The position numbers were made by a program, and so were the translations under genes. A stretch of 64,000 bases of DNA, from the IMG/VR virus record IMGVR_UViG_3300034082_002096, one strand, 5' to 3'. Shown piece after piece: positions 34,207-44,305 of the stretch. The notes under the pieces were generated by a model. That model did not search any database. It saw only the letters and a list, made by a program, of their open reading frames with translations, and was not told where the DNA came from. The stretch's first letter is position 1. The number at the start of each line of letters is the position of its first letter. This DNA is from an uncultured virus (IMG/VR IMGVR_UViG_3300034082_002096). Taxonomy: Duplodnaviria > Heunggongvirae > Uroviricota > Caudoviricetes.

Positions 34207-35457
34207 TCACTTCTTTGCTTCTGATGCTGCTGCAATTCGTGCTTTCAGCAAACCTTGTTTGATTTTGTCTGCATTTGTTTCGCCATTTGGAAAAACGTTA
34301 GCAAACTTAACACCATTTACTGCTTTCCACACAGTATACAACATATCCAATGGTTGCAAGCTGTTATTTTCACTACCAAGCCGACCACGTTCATCGCACA
34401 CACCTACACGATACAGCACATCAACAGTTTCTGGATCATTCCAAGAACCCATATCCATAAACATATGGACAAAAGTTTTTGGATTTAGTGTGTCCAACTT
34501 GTGCATTGACATATGATAACGTGTTGCTTTCATTGCACGATCACGCATTTTCGTAGGAACAGTCAACCGATTGCAGAAATTTTCTACAACAGGAACACCA
34601 TTAACATCATGCCCATAATGACGTGGAAAGTTTTCTTTTTTCGTCAATCCTTTTCCAAAATCATGAACAAGTGCAGCCAAACGGCTTTCCAAATCATAAT
34701 CATGCAATGCAGATTGTGTCAATACCAGCATAGTATGTTCGTATGCATTTCCTTCTGGATGCCATTTGCGGCTTTCCATTGCACTGCACAGTGAATATAC
34801 TTCTGGAAACAATACATGCAATGCATCACATTCCAACAGTGTATCAAAGAACAACCGAGGAAATGGTTCCATCAATGCACGAGAAAGTTCTTTCCAAACA
34901 CGTTCAGCTTGCAGTTCTCCCAATACACCTTTTTTAGCCATATCATGAACTAAGTTTTTGGTTTCACTTGCAACACTCCAATCTGCACCAAACCTTGCAC
35001 GAAAACGAGCAAGACGCAATACACGAACAGGGTCTTCACTAAATGCATTAGAAGTATGACGCAGTACTTTTGCAGTCATATCATCCTTACCACCGTAAGG
35101 GTCAAAGACCGCATAATGTCCTTCATCGCCAGACACAAAGAATTCTGTATCTTCCATGCGTTCCATTGATATACTATTGATAGTCAGATCACGACGCCCC
35201 AAATCTTCTTCCAGAGTTACATCAACTCCAAATTCACTTTCGAAACCAAGATAGCCAACGCCAGTTTTCTTTTCACGACGAGCCAATGCATATTCTTCAC
35301 CATCTTTCAGAAAGACAGGAAAATCTGCACCAACTTGTGTAAAGCCATTTGCCAACATTTCTTCCACCGTAGAACCAACTACAACATAGTCATGATCTTT
35401 TGGCGTAACACCCATGAGCATGTCACGCACTGCACCACCTACGAGAAATTTTTTCAT
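34207..35457 (-). CDS. cca: multifunctional CCA-adding tRNA nucleotidyltransferase with HD domain
   Basis: LVGGAVRD, DHDYVV, EYALAR.E, DL.RRDLTIN, EDPVRVLR, ERVWKE, HPE...H and HDFGK motifs. Confidence 0.96.
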   Translation of the reverse strand: MKKFLVGGAVRDMLMGVTPKDHDYVVVGSTVEEMLANGFTQVGADFPVFLKDGEEYALARREKKTGVGYLGFESEFGVDVTLEEDLGRRDLTINSISMERMEDTEFFVSGDEGHYAVFDPYGGKDDMTAKVLRHTSNAFSEDPVRVLRLARFRARFGADWSVASETKNLVHDMAKKGVLGELQAERVWKELSRALMEPFPRLFFDTLLECDALHVLFPEVYSLCSAMESRKWHPEGNAYEHTMLVLTQSALHDYDLESRLAALVHDFGKGLTKKENFPRHYGHDVNGVPVVENFCNRLTVPTKMRDRAMKATRYHMSMHKLDTLNPKTFVHMFMDMGSWNDPETVDVLYRVGVCDERGRLGSENNSLQPLDMLYTVWKAVNGVKFANVFPNGETNADKIKQGLLKARIAAASEAKK

Positions 35458-36215
35458 TTGTCGATTCCTTATCTGTTGACTATACATAACATATTGACAG
35501 CATCATGTCAACAACTACTTCATGCTTATTTCACAGCATGGATTATTAGAATGGATAATTAGACTCTATGTCAAAAACATATGTTACTTCTTGTTTAGTA
35601 GTCATTTTGTTCCAAAATTCATATTCAGCTTTTGCTCTTGTTACAATAGCAATCTCTTCGGCAGTAAAATCGTCAGTAAATTCTAATACAGAATAAGTTC
35701 CATAAGTATCATCCAAATAAGTTGTTAGTTTACCGATGATATGCAATAAATCATTTTCGTTCATTTCTAACGTCCTCACTAGCAGATTGTAGCAATAGTC
35801 GTTCTTCCATATCAATCCATTTGCTAGGAATATGATGCCTGCTTAGAAAGTCAATTCCTTCACAATCACCAACATGATTGATATATTTTCCAACAATTTT
35901 CCAAAGCTGTTCTTTGGTAACAGAATGTTTGTTCATAGTAATTTCCATTTTCGGTGTATGGTTTGTTTCATATGCGTAAAGAAGTTTTAGTGAACCATCA
36001 CGACGAACCCGATACAAATAAATTGCATTTTCCGAAAGCATATCAATATATGTATTTGCTTCTTTTCTTGAGCAAAATGTCAAAATACGCTTTACAAAAT
36101 TATCATTTAGATAATGGACTTCATATTTATGGACTGGCATATTGTTTCTCGCGTGGTTAGATTAATCCTATTAATAATCATACAGAATGAAAATCATCGT
36201 GTCAAGTGGATAATG

Positions 36216-38234
36216 TTACAAACCAGCAAGTTTTTTTAATCTGTTAATGCTTTCAACATTTACCACTTTTTTCACAGAAACCATATTATAAATTTCACGT
36301 GGAATTTCTTCTTCAAATCTCTCAATAGCCGATTCATCGTCAAACCCACTCCATCCGTAATATGGTTCATCTATATCAGATAAATCCATATCATTTGTAA
36401 AACTGTCATTCATATAATTATCAAAATCAAATGTGTCATTATCATCTTCATCATAATAATTTATTACTATATCAGTAAGCTGTTTTATAGAAAACATTAA
36501 CGCATATCTGTCTTTTACATTATATTTTTTTTTATCAGCATCATTTAATTCAGAAAATGGACTATCGTTTAACCATTTTTCCATATCTTCGTACATTTCA
36601 CTAGATGTGCCTACTTCTACACCAGTATATGCTGCACTACTAATAGCCGAACTTAATTCATCACTATCACTTATCATATCCTGAAAAGTTTTAGAATCAT
36701 ATTCATCTTCATCCATATTTCCATTTTCTAAATCAGCAGAATAAAGATATTTTCTAAATGCTTCTATATATTTTCTTTCTACTAGTTCAGCTACTCTTTC
36801 TTCATCTGCATCACCAGATTCAACATTATAATTATCGACATTTCCTTCGTATTGTCTTGCCACATACTTTAAGGTTTTAAAACTTAATTCGATTGCTATA
36901 TCTTCTAAATCGCCAAATGTTTTTGTTATTATTTTTTTATTTTCTTTATCTATATATATTGGCTTATTATCTTTCATGTATATAGACAATGCTTTTTCTT
37001 CTGCAAAATCTCTTATTTTGCTATCCTTATCTCTATCCTTAATAAACTTAAATGCACCTAAGCTATTTGATACTGCTATTCTTTGCAAATCATAACTAGG
37101 ACTGTCAATTATAGAAATTATACTTGGAGTAGTAGTAACCGCAGCAGCTAATAGTCTTTTGTCAACATTTTGTTCATTTACTTTTCCTTGTGGAACTTTA
37201 ATAAACTGTAATGCATTTCCATTTTCTCTAACTGCGGTCATTTGAACTTCAAAAGATGGATTATCAAAATATTGTATAAGTTTTCCATCGTTTGCAACAG
37301 CTATTTTTTGTAATATTTCACTTGGATTTTCTATGTCTTTTATCATCCATGGGTTTGCCACAATAAGTTCAATTTGTTCTTTTTCACTTGCTGGCATTTT
37401 TCCAGTTACTATTTCTTTTGATGATATTGAACTATCATCATAAAATTTAGGGTTCCATTTGAATATGGCAATATTTTCTAAATCATTACTTGCATTTACT
37501 TCTTTTGTCCATTTTTCAACAGCATCATTAAATCCATCAACGCCAGTTCCATAACAATAACTTTCTGGAACAAGATATATTCTATCACTTCCTAATGAAT
37601 CTATAAAAGGTTTTATTAAAATTCTACCAACTGGATTACTTATATTCTTGTCTTCTTGTTTGACAACATATGCTACGATAGTTCCCTCTTTAATATCTAT
37701 AGGAACATATTTTCTATATTGTCCTGTATTCAGATTCATACAACTAGTCCAGCCTCTATTAGTAGACATACCAGCAATGTCATAAGGATGCCTAGAAATA
37801 ACAACAATATGTTCAGACTTTACTGCTTCTCGTGTTTTATCCACATTAAATGCATCAAGCAATGATAAATTCTGTGTAATTCCCTTATCATTTGTTACAC
37901 TAACTGTTTCAGTTGGTTTTAATGTATTCAGAACTTTACCAATTTTTATTGTTTGATTTTTTTTATGATTATAAGCGATACCTTTAATATAATCTCTAAT
38001 TGAAAATCCATTATTGTTTAAAAATATTTCAATAGCAAGGTGAGTATTACTCCACGGAGACTTAATGATACCATTACTTTTTGCCGTTATAGGAATATAG
38101 ATTCTAAATGCATTTCTATCTTTTTTATATTTTGAATTGGAAAATATGGATTTGTATCTAGACTTATCCCAATCCTTTAAAAATGTTCTTACTTGGCTAA
38201 ATTTTAATGCTTCCATTATTTCATTGATAATCAT
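36216..38234 (-). CDS. large hypothetical protein, probable internal head/ejection protein
   Basis: N-terminus MIINEIMEA; ISRHPYDIAGMST.RGWTSCM; helical repeats I.NPS...Q..AV; C-terminus ESINRLKKLAGL; ATAAATA upstream. Confidence 0.7.
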   Translation of the reverse strand: MIINEIMEALKFSQVRTFLKDWDKSRYKSIFSNSKYKKDRNAFRIYIPITAKSNGIIKSPWSNTHLAIEIFLNNNGFSIRDYIKGIAYNHKKNQTIKIGKVLNTLKPTETVSVTNDKGITQNLSLLDAFNVDKTREAVKSEHIVVISRHPYDIAGMSTNRGWTSCMNLNTGQYRKYVPIDIKEGTIVAYVVKQEDKNISNPVGRILIKPFIDSLGSDRIYLVPESYCYGTGVDGFNDAVEKWTKEVNASNDLENIAIFKWNPKFYDDSSISSKEIVTGKMPASEKEQIELIVANPWMIKDIENPSEILQKIAVANDGKLIQYFDNPSFEVQMTAVRENGNALQFIKVPQGKVNEQNVDKRLLAAAVTTTPSIISIIDSPSYDLQRIAVSNSLGAFKFIKDRDKDSKIRDFAEEKALSIYMKDNKPIYIDKENKKIITKTFGDLEDIAIELSFKTLKYVARQYEGNVDNYNVESGDADEERVAELVERKYIEAFRKYLYSADLENGNMDEDEYDSKTFQDMISDSDELSSAISSAAYTGVEVGTSSEMYEDMEKWLNDSPFSELNDADKKKYNVKDRYALMFSIKQLTDIVINYYDEDDNDTFDFDNYMNDSFTNDMDLSDIDEPYYGWSGFDDESAIERFEEEIPREIYNMVSVKKVVNVESINRLKKLAGL

Positions 38235-38292
38235 AGTGCATATTCCCGTTTATATGCATGTATTTATTCTATAAATGTAATTTAATAATAGT

Positions 38293-38372
38293 AATACTTA
38301 CTTCGTAAGTATTTTAATAATTATGATAGATTATGTTTCGTATTCACTCCACATAATCTATCATAATTATTA
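38293..38372. repeat. AT-rich palindromes, including a 22-bp perfect inverted repeat
   Basis: TAATAATTATGATAGATTATGT (38315-38336) / ACATAATCTATCATAATTATTA (38351-38372); AATACTTAC-TTC-GTAAGTATT. Confidence 0.9.
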
Positions 38373-38429
38373 TTTAAAGATTCTAATATCGTTAATTAGA
38401 ATGGAATCTAAGATACTATATATACATCA

Positions 38430-38858
38430 TTTCCAGAGTCCAGATACACTTTGCCTGTCAGGACAAAATGTATCTAGAAAACAGAATCTTTTCCGTCGCC
38501 TTTGATACTTTATACAGAACAACCTTGTAATGTCAGGTTATGGTGGTCACGCGGTGCCATTTTATGTTCTAACTTATATGACGCAGGCATTTGCTGATAG
38601 CAGTATAAATTACATTCAGCAGCCTTGCAAGTTTCCGGGGTGTCGTGAAGAGCTTGCTCATTTTCCAAGTGGTCAGCCTGATACATCAACCAACTCACAT
38701 AATGGTAAATTATGTGAGTGCACATTACTACTATATCTTGTCAGCTAAATAAACTAATATAAAGCTGAAACGTAGCAGAAAAATTCATTCCATCAACTGT
38801 GCTATACGTTTTATTACCTATGACAGTCCAGCACACGTATTATTGCTCATCTGACCTA
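38430..38858 (-). ncRNA. candidate large structured non-coding RNA
   Basis: No credible ORF; locally raised GC; several hairpins (e.g. 11-bp IR at 38693-38719); TATAAATA at 38860-38867. Confidence 0.5.
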
Positions 38859-38899
38859 GTATTTATAACACATCTTTTAGTGATTCGTCAAGATAATAA

Positions 38900-39211
38900 T
38901 TAAGTATGTTCGATAATTTTAATTCCAACCTTTTCGATTGCACTTGCACAAATTGGACAAGGTGCAGCTTTCATTGGTTTTCCATCAGTATCAAACCTAT
39001 ACACTACAATCTTGTGTGCCTTGGAAAGATCACGACAACGCAAAATAGCATGAATTTCAGCATGTAAATAAATTTTGTGAGGCAATCCAACAGACTTCGC
39101 CATTGCTGCCTGATAAGGATGCGACTTTACATAAGAGTTTTTCCCAATCGACAAAACACGACCTTTTTTATCGTAAATCATCGCAGTAAGACTATAGCGT
39201 TTCTTTTCCAT
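38900..39211 (-). CDS. cytidine/deoxycytidylate deaminase-fold protein
   Basis: HAEI.A and PCPIC motifs. Confidence 0.85.
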   Translation of the reverse strand: MEKKRYSLTAMIYDKKGRVLSIGKNSYVKSHPYQAAMAKSVGLPHKIYLHAEIHAILRCRDLSKAHKIVVYRFDTDGKPMKAAPCPICASAIEKVGIKIIEHT

Positions 39212-39486
39212 GCTTCTCTCAGATTTGAATAGGGCTGTGACCAGTTATCATTCTAAGCTTCATCATTATCAGCTTTACTTCTGATTCGTCAAGTCTGTCT
39301 CTTGTGATGTTGTCTGTTATGCCAATAAAAGGTGTTTCCATTCCATGATGAAACAAACAAATTTCATATCCTTCAATTGATCCACCATGAACAACACTAA
39401 GTTCGTAATGCTCACCAAAACCATAAACCGCCTGATGAGTAAAATCTTTATCTAGTACTGGTAACATATCATTTGAATTAAACATT

Positions 39487-39873
39487 TTAAATAGGTTCCT
39501 TTGTGTCATTCATTGTTTTCCAGAAGAATTTTTCTTCCATTTGTTTTTTATATGCAGATCGAATGCCATCTGTATCTTTAACCCAGTTTCTTACATTTTC
39601 TATATTTCCGTAGCTTTCTGATGGTGCATTATGTGAAATCCATAATGCAATATTACCAATTGCATTAAAATTTTCACTATCTCCAGAGTAAGCTGCAGCA
39701 AACAAATCACCACATAACATAGAAGTCATGAAATGACCAGGCATATATCCATGCAATAGATAATATTCTAATGGTTGATTATTATGTGATGGAATATTAC
39801 TATTCCGAAAATCAAGAATAAGTGTTGTCATTATGCATCCTTTAAATAAAAAGAATGAGGCAAAATGCCTCAT
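39487..39873 (-). CDS. hypothetical protein
   Basis: Y...G..PG.F...L..DLF.A...D..N...AP..SYG...V..W. Confidence 0.7.
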   Translation of the reverse strand: MRHFASFFLFKGCIMTTLILDFRNSNIPSHNNQPLEYYLLHGYMPGHFMTSMLCGDLFAAAYSGDSENFNAIGNIALWISHNAPSESYGNIENVRNWVKDTDGIRSAYKKQMEEKFFWKTMNDTKEPI

Positions 39874-40175
39874 TCAAATTGTTCTTTCCAGTATTGATTT
39901 GCAAGGTCTTGCGGCAGCATACTCATTGCTGCAATCCCATACTTTCTTACAGCCCATTCGCTGATGTCTGTAAGAATTTGTTCTTCTAGATCGCCCATCA
40001 TATCATTCATCCTCATCATTTGCATCATTCCAACCGTCTAGCCATGCTGCTGACATTTCCAAGTCGTCATATGGACAATCTAGCTTTGCAACATTTTTAA
40101 GATAGTCTCGGTATCCTTCGTTGTATGCTGCTTTAAGATCAGCATCATCATATCCCGACATATTACTCTCCTTTG

Positions 40176-40556
40176 CTAGATATTTTCTTTTTCAAGATAT
40201 TTTTTCAAGTTGACTTTTTTTCGATTGTGAAACATGCTCCATTCGTTATTTTCACGAACATAAACATATTCTTCCCACGCGGCGGTTCCTTCGTCAAGCA
40301 GAATCTGAATGTTTTTGCTCACCATTGGACCAGTATCGGCTTCGTCATAGTCACGACCATAATACCGATTTTCTTCGATGGTTTCGTTCCAACTTAAACA
40401 TTCACCAAGTTCGATAGCTTTATGAATGATAGAATCATCATTCCAATGATCGTTTAGTGTTTTCCCCAGACAGTCTGGCCCAGAATCGCTATTATTGTAT
40501 GTAGAAAGATACGAGCCATCTTTACGTTTGATAGCGATCCGCCCGCGAGTAGCCAT
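40176..40556 (-). CDS. hypothetical protein
   Basis: MATRGRIA start; AGGAG RBS; promoter at 40592-40620. Confidence 0.75.
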   Translation of the reverse strand: MATRGRIAIKRKDGSYLSTYNNSDSGPDCLGKTLNDHWNDDSIIHKAIELGECLSWNETIEENRYYGRDYDEADTGPMVSKNIQILLDEGTAAWEEYVYVRENNEWSMFHNRKKVNLKKYLEKENI

Positions 40557-40628
40557 TATAATCTCCTGTTATGTTCTACCTCAGTAAGATCAATATAGCG
40601 ATTCGCGGGCGGATAGTCAATAGGAAAA

Positions 40629-41288
40629 TTACTGGACGTTACTCATGATATTGTTTAAATCTCTATCATATTGTTCCATACGTGCGACAACTTTTTGTTC
40701 ATAATTATTAAACCAATTGCTAAATTCGTTAGTATCTTCATTTATTGATTCAATCTTTGGCTCTTTAGTTCTAACCATAACTTTTGTAGCAGAACCTTTT
40801 TTTACTTTTTGTATTACTTTTGTGTTATTTTTTACTATTAATTCTATTTCTGGAATTAGCTTTTTACTCACTAGTTTATATATTTCTTGTAATACTTTTT
40901 CATAGTCAACTGACTCTTCGGCGTATGCAATATCTTGAGTTTCTTTTGATAATGTAATAATAGCTTTGCTAGTTTCGATATATCTAGTTAATACTGCATC
41001 GGATGCATCAAATATTGATTTTGATCCTTCTCCGATAGTTGCATGTAGTTTTATTCTTTCATCTTCTAATGATTCAATAGTATTTTTTAACTCTAGTGAT
41101 TTTTCGGCTAGTTTGTTTGGAATTTTTTCTTTCATCCCACTTAGCTGTGCAGTTACTGAATCAAAATCACCAGACCCTTCTGCTTTTTTTGTTTTCGCCC
41201 CCATTGTATAGGAAATGTCAGGGTCTCCACCAATTCGTGCTTCATTAAGAATATTTTTGTATTTTTTCATTTCATCAATAACAGACAT
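40629..41288 (-). CDS. hypothetical protein, probable head-associated
   Basis: MKKYKNILNEA leader; ATAAATA upstream. Confidence 0.65.
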   Translation of the reverse strand: MSVIDEMKKYKNILNEARIGGDPDISYTMGAKTKKAEGSGDFDSVTAQLSGMKEKIPNKLAEKSLELKNTIESLEDERIKLHATIGEGSKSIFDASDAVLTRYIETSKAIITLSKETQDIAYAEESVDYEKVLQEIYKLVSKKLIPEIELIVKNNTKVIQKVKKGSATKVMVRTKEPKIESINEDTNEFSNWFNNYEQKVVARMEQYDRDLNNIMSNVQ

Positions 41289-41328
41289 ATTATAATCTCC
41301 AAATATGCAACTATTTATGAAAAAAACG

Positions 41329-41778
41329 CTACTCTGTGCGAATAGCGTTTTTTGGTATTTTATTTATATAACTTCTAGTTGGCTTGGTATATTCTTCAAT
41401 AATTACTATAGACGTATATGGTGATATTGCACATTTCCATAGTGGAACAACATTTGACAAATTAAATTTTAACCATTTACTTTTGCTATTAAATAATTCA
41501 GATAATTCAATTATACCTAATTTCCATTCACAACAATCATTTGCAGATATTTCAAATCCTACCCGCAACGAGTATTTGTTTTTTACAATTGGCAATATAT
41601 AATATTTTGGATTTTCTTCGTTCGTGGTTATTTCTACCAAGTCTACTGGATTCTCCATACAGTATTCTTTATTTGGATCAACATTTTTTAAATCGGGAAT
41701 ATACACTGTGCAGTTTATAAATTCTTTAACTGGTTCTGTATATATTCTAGATTTTAACTTTGTCAAGATTTCCACCAA
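41329..41778 (-). CDS. hypothetical protein
   Basis: Tightly packed ORF. Confidence 0.55.
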   Translation of the reverse strand: MVEILTKLKSRIYTEPVKEFINCTVYIPDLKNVDPNKEYCMENPVDLVEITTNEENPKYYILPIVKNKYSLRVGFEISANDCCEWKLGIIELSELFNSKSKWLKFNLSNVVPLWKCAISPYTSIVIIEEYTKPTRSYINKIPKNAIRTE

Positions 41779-42119
41779 TATGTGCTATTTCTCGTTTTGA
41801 ATTTAACATTTAATCTGTTTTGATCATCTGTAAATTCTTCTAATATTTCAGTAACTGGGGTAGTCGTCCAATAATCTTGGTTACTATATGATCTACTATA
41901 TGGTGATCCTACCCGCATGGATGCACCAACTCGTGGTTTTACATTATGTTTATAAGCAATTACACTATCAGACTCATTATCTTCCTGAATATAATATTCA
42001 ATATTATTTTTTTCACATTCGGAAATAGTAGTAGTCCAATATGCTGTTGACATTGGGCCACTGTCTCCCTTCCATTCATTAATAGAACCATTTTTATCTA
42101 TTGCATACATCCAAGCCAT
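41763..42119 (-). CDS. hypothetical protein
   Basis: GDSGPMS...P.VG..MRVGS...QDYW.TT.VTEILEE...F.T.NS.Y.W. Confidence 0.75.
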   Translation of the reverse strand: MAWMYAIDKNGSINEWKGDSGPMSTAYWTTTISECEKNNIEYYIQEDNESDSVIAYKHNVKPRVGASMRVGSPYSRSYSNQDYWTTTPVTEILEEFTDDQNRLNVKFKTRNSTYWWKS

Positions 42120-42120
42120 T

Positions 42121-42429
42121 TTACCACCCCGGTTCGTTATAATCTGTAGTTTTTGTATATGTTGCTGTTCCTGCTAATCCATATGTAGGACAAATATGAA
42201 TTCTTTCTGGTAGACCCATATCATCACGTTCACCACCAACCCCACATAGGAAAAGTGCACCAGTTTTTTCTGGTGTTTGTGTTTGCATAGTAACTGCAAC
42301 TCTGCGAAGTATTTTCGCAGCAGCAATCACATCACTTTGTCGGCAATCCTTGACAACAGTTTCAGGATCATATCCTATTGCATCTACCAATTCATAAAAT
42401 AAAGTTTTATAATCTATTACATCAGTCAT
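42121..42429 (-). CDS. hypothetical protein
   Basis: FLCG..GE.D..GLPE.I.ICP.YG. Confidence 0.7.
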   Translation of the reverse strand: MTDVIDYKTLFYELVDAIGYDPETVVKDCRQSDVIAAAKILRRVAVTMQTQTPEKTGALFLCGVGGERDDMGLPERIHICPTYGLAGTATYTKTTDYNEPGW

Positions 42430-42649
42430 AATATGTCATCCGGTGTTCCAGTTGTTGCTGCATTATATCCAAATTCTAATCCAATGGCAAATGCAGATAC
42501 TAGCCATTGTTCTACTTCGTATTGTTTGTCGTGTGGTATGTCTTTTACGAGAGAAATAAATCTATCTTTTCGCACTGATCCATTTTCTTCTTCACGCATC
42601 CATTTCAAATACATATCATGGATATTTTCTGTTGTAAATATTGAATTTT

Positions 42650-43381
42650 TTACCATTTAAAGTAATCTGGCTTTCCATACCTATAAGTATATTTTGTTGT
42701 CTTGTTGTTTAGTATTGCATCTTCTGCCATGCGATGTTTATGCAATTTATACAATTCAGGCCAATCATTTGCAAAAAAAGTAACATCATATCCGTAGCGA
42801 TTATCACTACGCCCGCCACCACTGCCAGTATTCATTCTAAGATGTGAAAATACATTGCTTCCTTCTGACATTGGACAATTTAGTTTGAATTCTATATTTC
42901 CAGTCCAGCCAGCATATCCACTCGGTGCATCTGTTCCATCTTTTAATTTTTCTTTACCACCCCAGTTAGTAACACCATTATGTGGCTTACGGTGAGTATT
43001 GCTACACCGCTCAGACCATGTTACATCTAAATTTGTAATTTCAACCATAAAGGTATTGCGATATTTTTCTAATTTTGCTTTGTCATGATGCCATGCTTGA
43101 TTCATAAAAAGATCAAACATAAATTCAGGATGAATAGAAACCCATTTGATGATGTCATCAAATGAGCTTTGGCTCCACAAATCTTGCTTTACTCTATCTT
43201 TAATAATGGCACGGGCACGAGTATGCATACGAGTTTCACGTAGAAGTTTAAGATGCTTTACATAATCGCGTTTTGTTGAATAAATTTTATCCGTCCAAGG
43301 ACATTGATATGCCTTCGCTTTTTTAGCTTCGGATACAGGAATCATAACACGATTGCCTTTATAAACTTCTATTTTTGGCAT
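42650..43381 (-). CDS. hypothetical protein
   Basis: 243-aa ORF; AYQCPWT...H motif. Confidence 0.75.
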   Translation of the reverse strand: MPKIEVYKGNRVMIPVSEAKKAKAYQCPWTDKIYSTKRDYVKHLKLLRETRMHTRARAIIKDRVKQDLWSQSSFDDIIKWVSIHPEFMFDLFMNQAWHHDKAKLEKYRNTFMVEITNLDVTWSERCSNTHRKPHNGVTNWGGKEKLKDGTDAPSGYAGWTGNIEFKLNCPMSEGSNVFSHLRMNTGSGGGRSDNRYGYDVTFFANDWPELYKLHKHRMAEDAILNNKTTKYTYRYGKPDYFKW

Positions 43382-44305
43382 GATTAAATCTCATTATTTA
43401 ATTTGTTTTGTTCTAATTGATAAATCAAATTGTCCCGAACACTAAACGCAAGTTCTCGGTTAGTAAGTTGAACGATCCTATTTAATTCTTCATTTTCCAA
43501 TACTTCTACTACATGCCACATGCCAAAGTTATCACAAATTGCTAAAATTTTATTATTCGTGCTATCTGCCATTTCATGTACTCAATATTTCTGTTATTTT
43601 AATAATTGTAGAAACAATCATTATTGCCATATTATCTGAATTGATATATTGATGTAGGTATAACATAATTTGTTCTCCATTGTAACTTATAACTGTATCA
43701 TACGCCTTATGATACGCAAAGTCAAGCAATTATTGATCTAAGCGTGATTGAATGCTTTGTAGTTTTTTAATGATTTCATCTAACTCATAATTTATTGTTT
43801 TTTGAACAATATCACTAGTAGCGATTATTTCATTTCCAACAGTATGTTCGCTACTTGGTCCATATGAATATGCACTATTCCATAATTTCCCAATTATTTC
43901 TTTAATTTCATCTGCAATCATATTTTCAACATTAATACGGTTGCTTGCTTCTTTTAGCCTATTTTTTAATTGATACCAACTTAGTTGATCCAACTCAGAA
44001 ACATTATTAGGATAAGGCATCCCTAATACGCCAATTAACATTATATCACTCATTATGAATACTCAAACTCTATTTCTCCATCACGTATCCTACAATATTG
44101 TGGCATGTTATACAATTTAGGACCATAATGTTTATATTTTACATCAATGAGATAATTAATAGGATTACCTGTAGCCATATTAATTGCTTGCCATGTCCAT
44201 TGTCCATCTGCAAGCACAGGCGAAGTAATCGCCTGTGCCATTATATTCATGCCGCTACTGCATTCATAGAATACATCACCAGCCGTTAATTTCGTAAAAT
44301 CAAAA

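Noticed and set aside
38510..38748. ORFs 38510-38725(-) and 38530-38748(+)
   Set aside because: Atypical composition, no RBS, mutually overlapping; the region looks like structured RNA.
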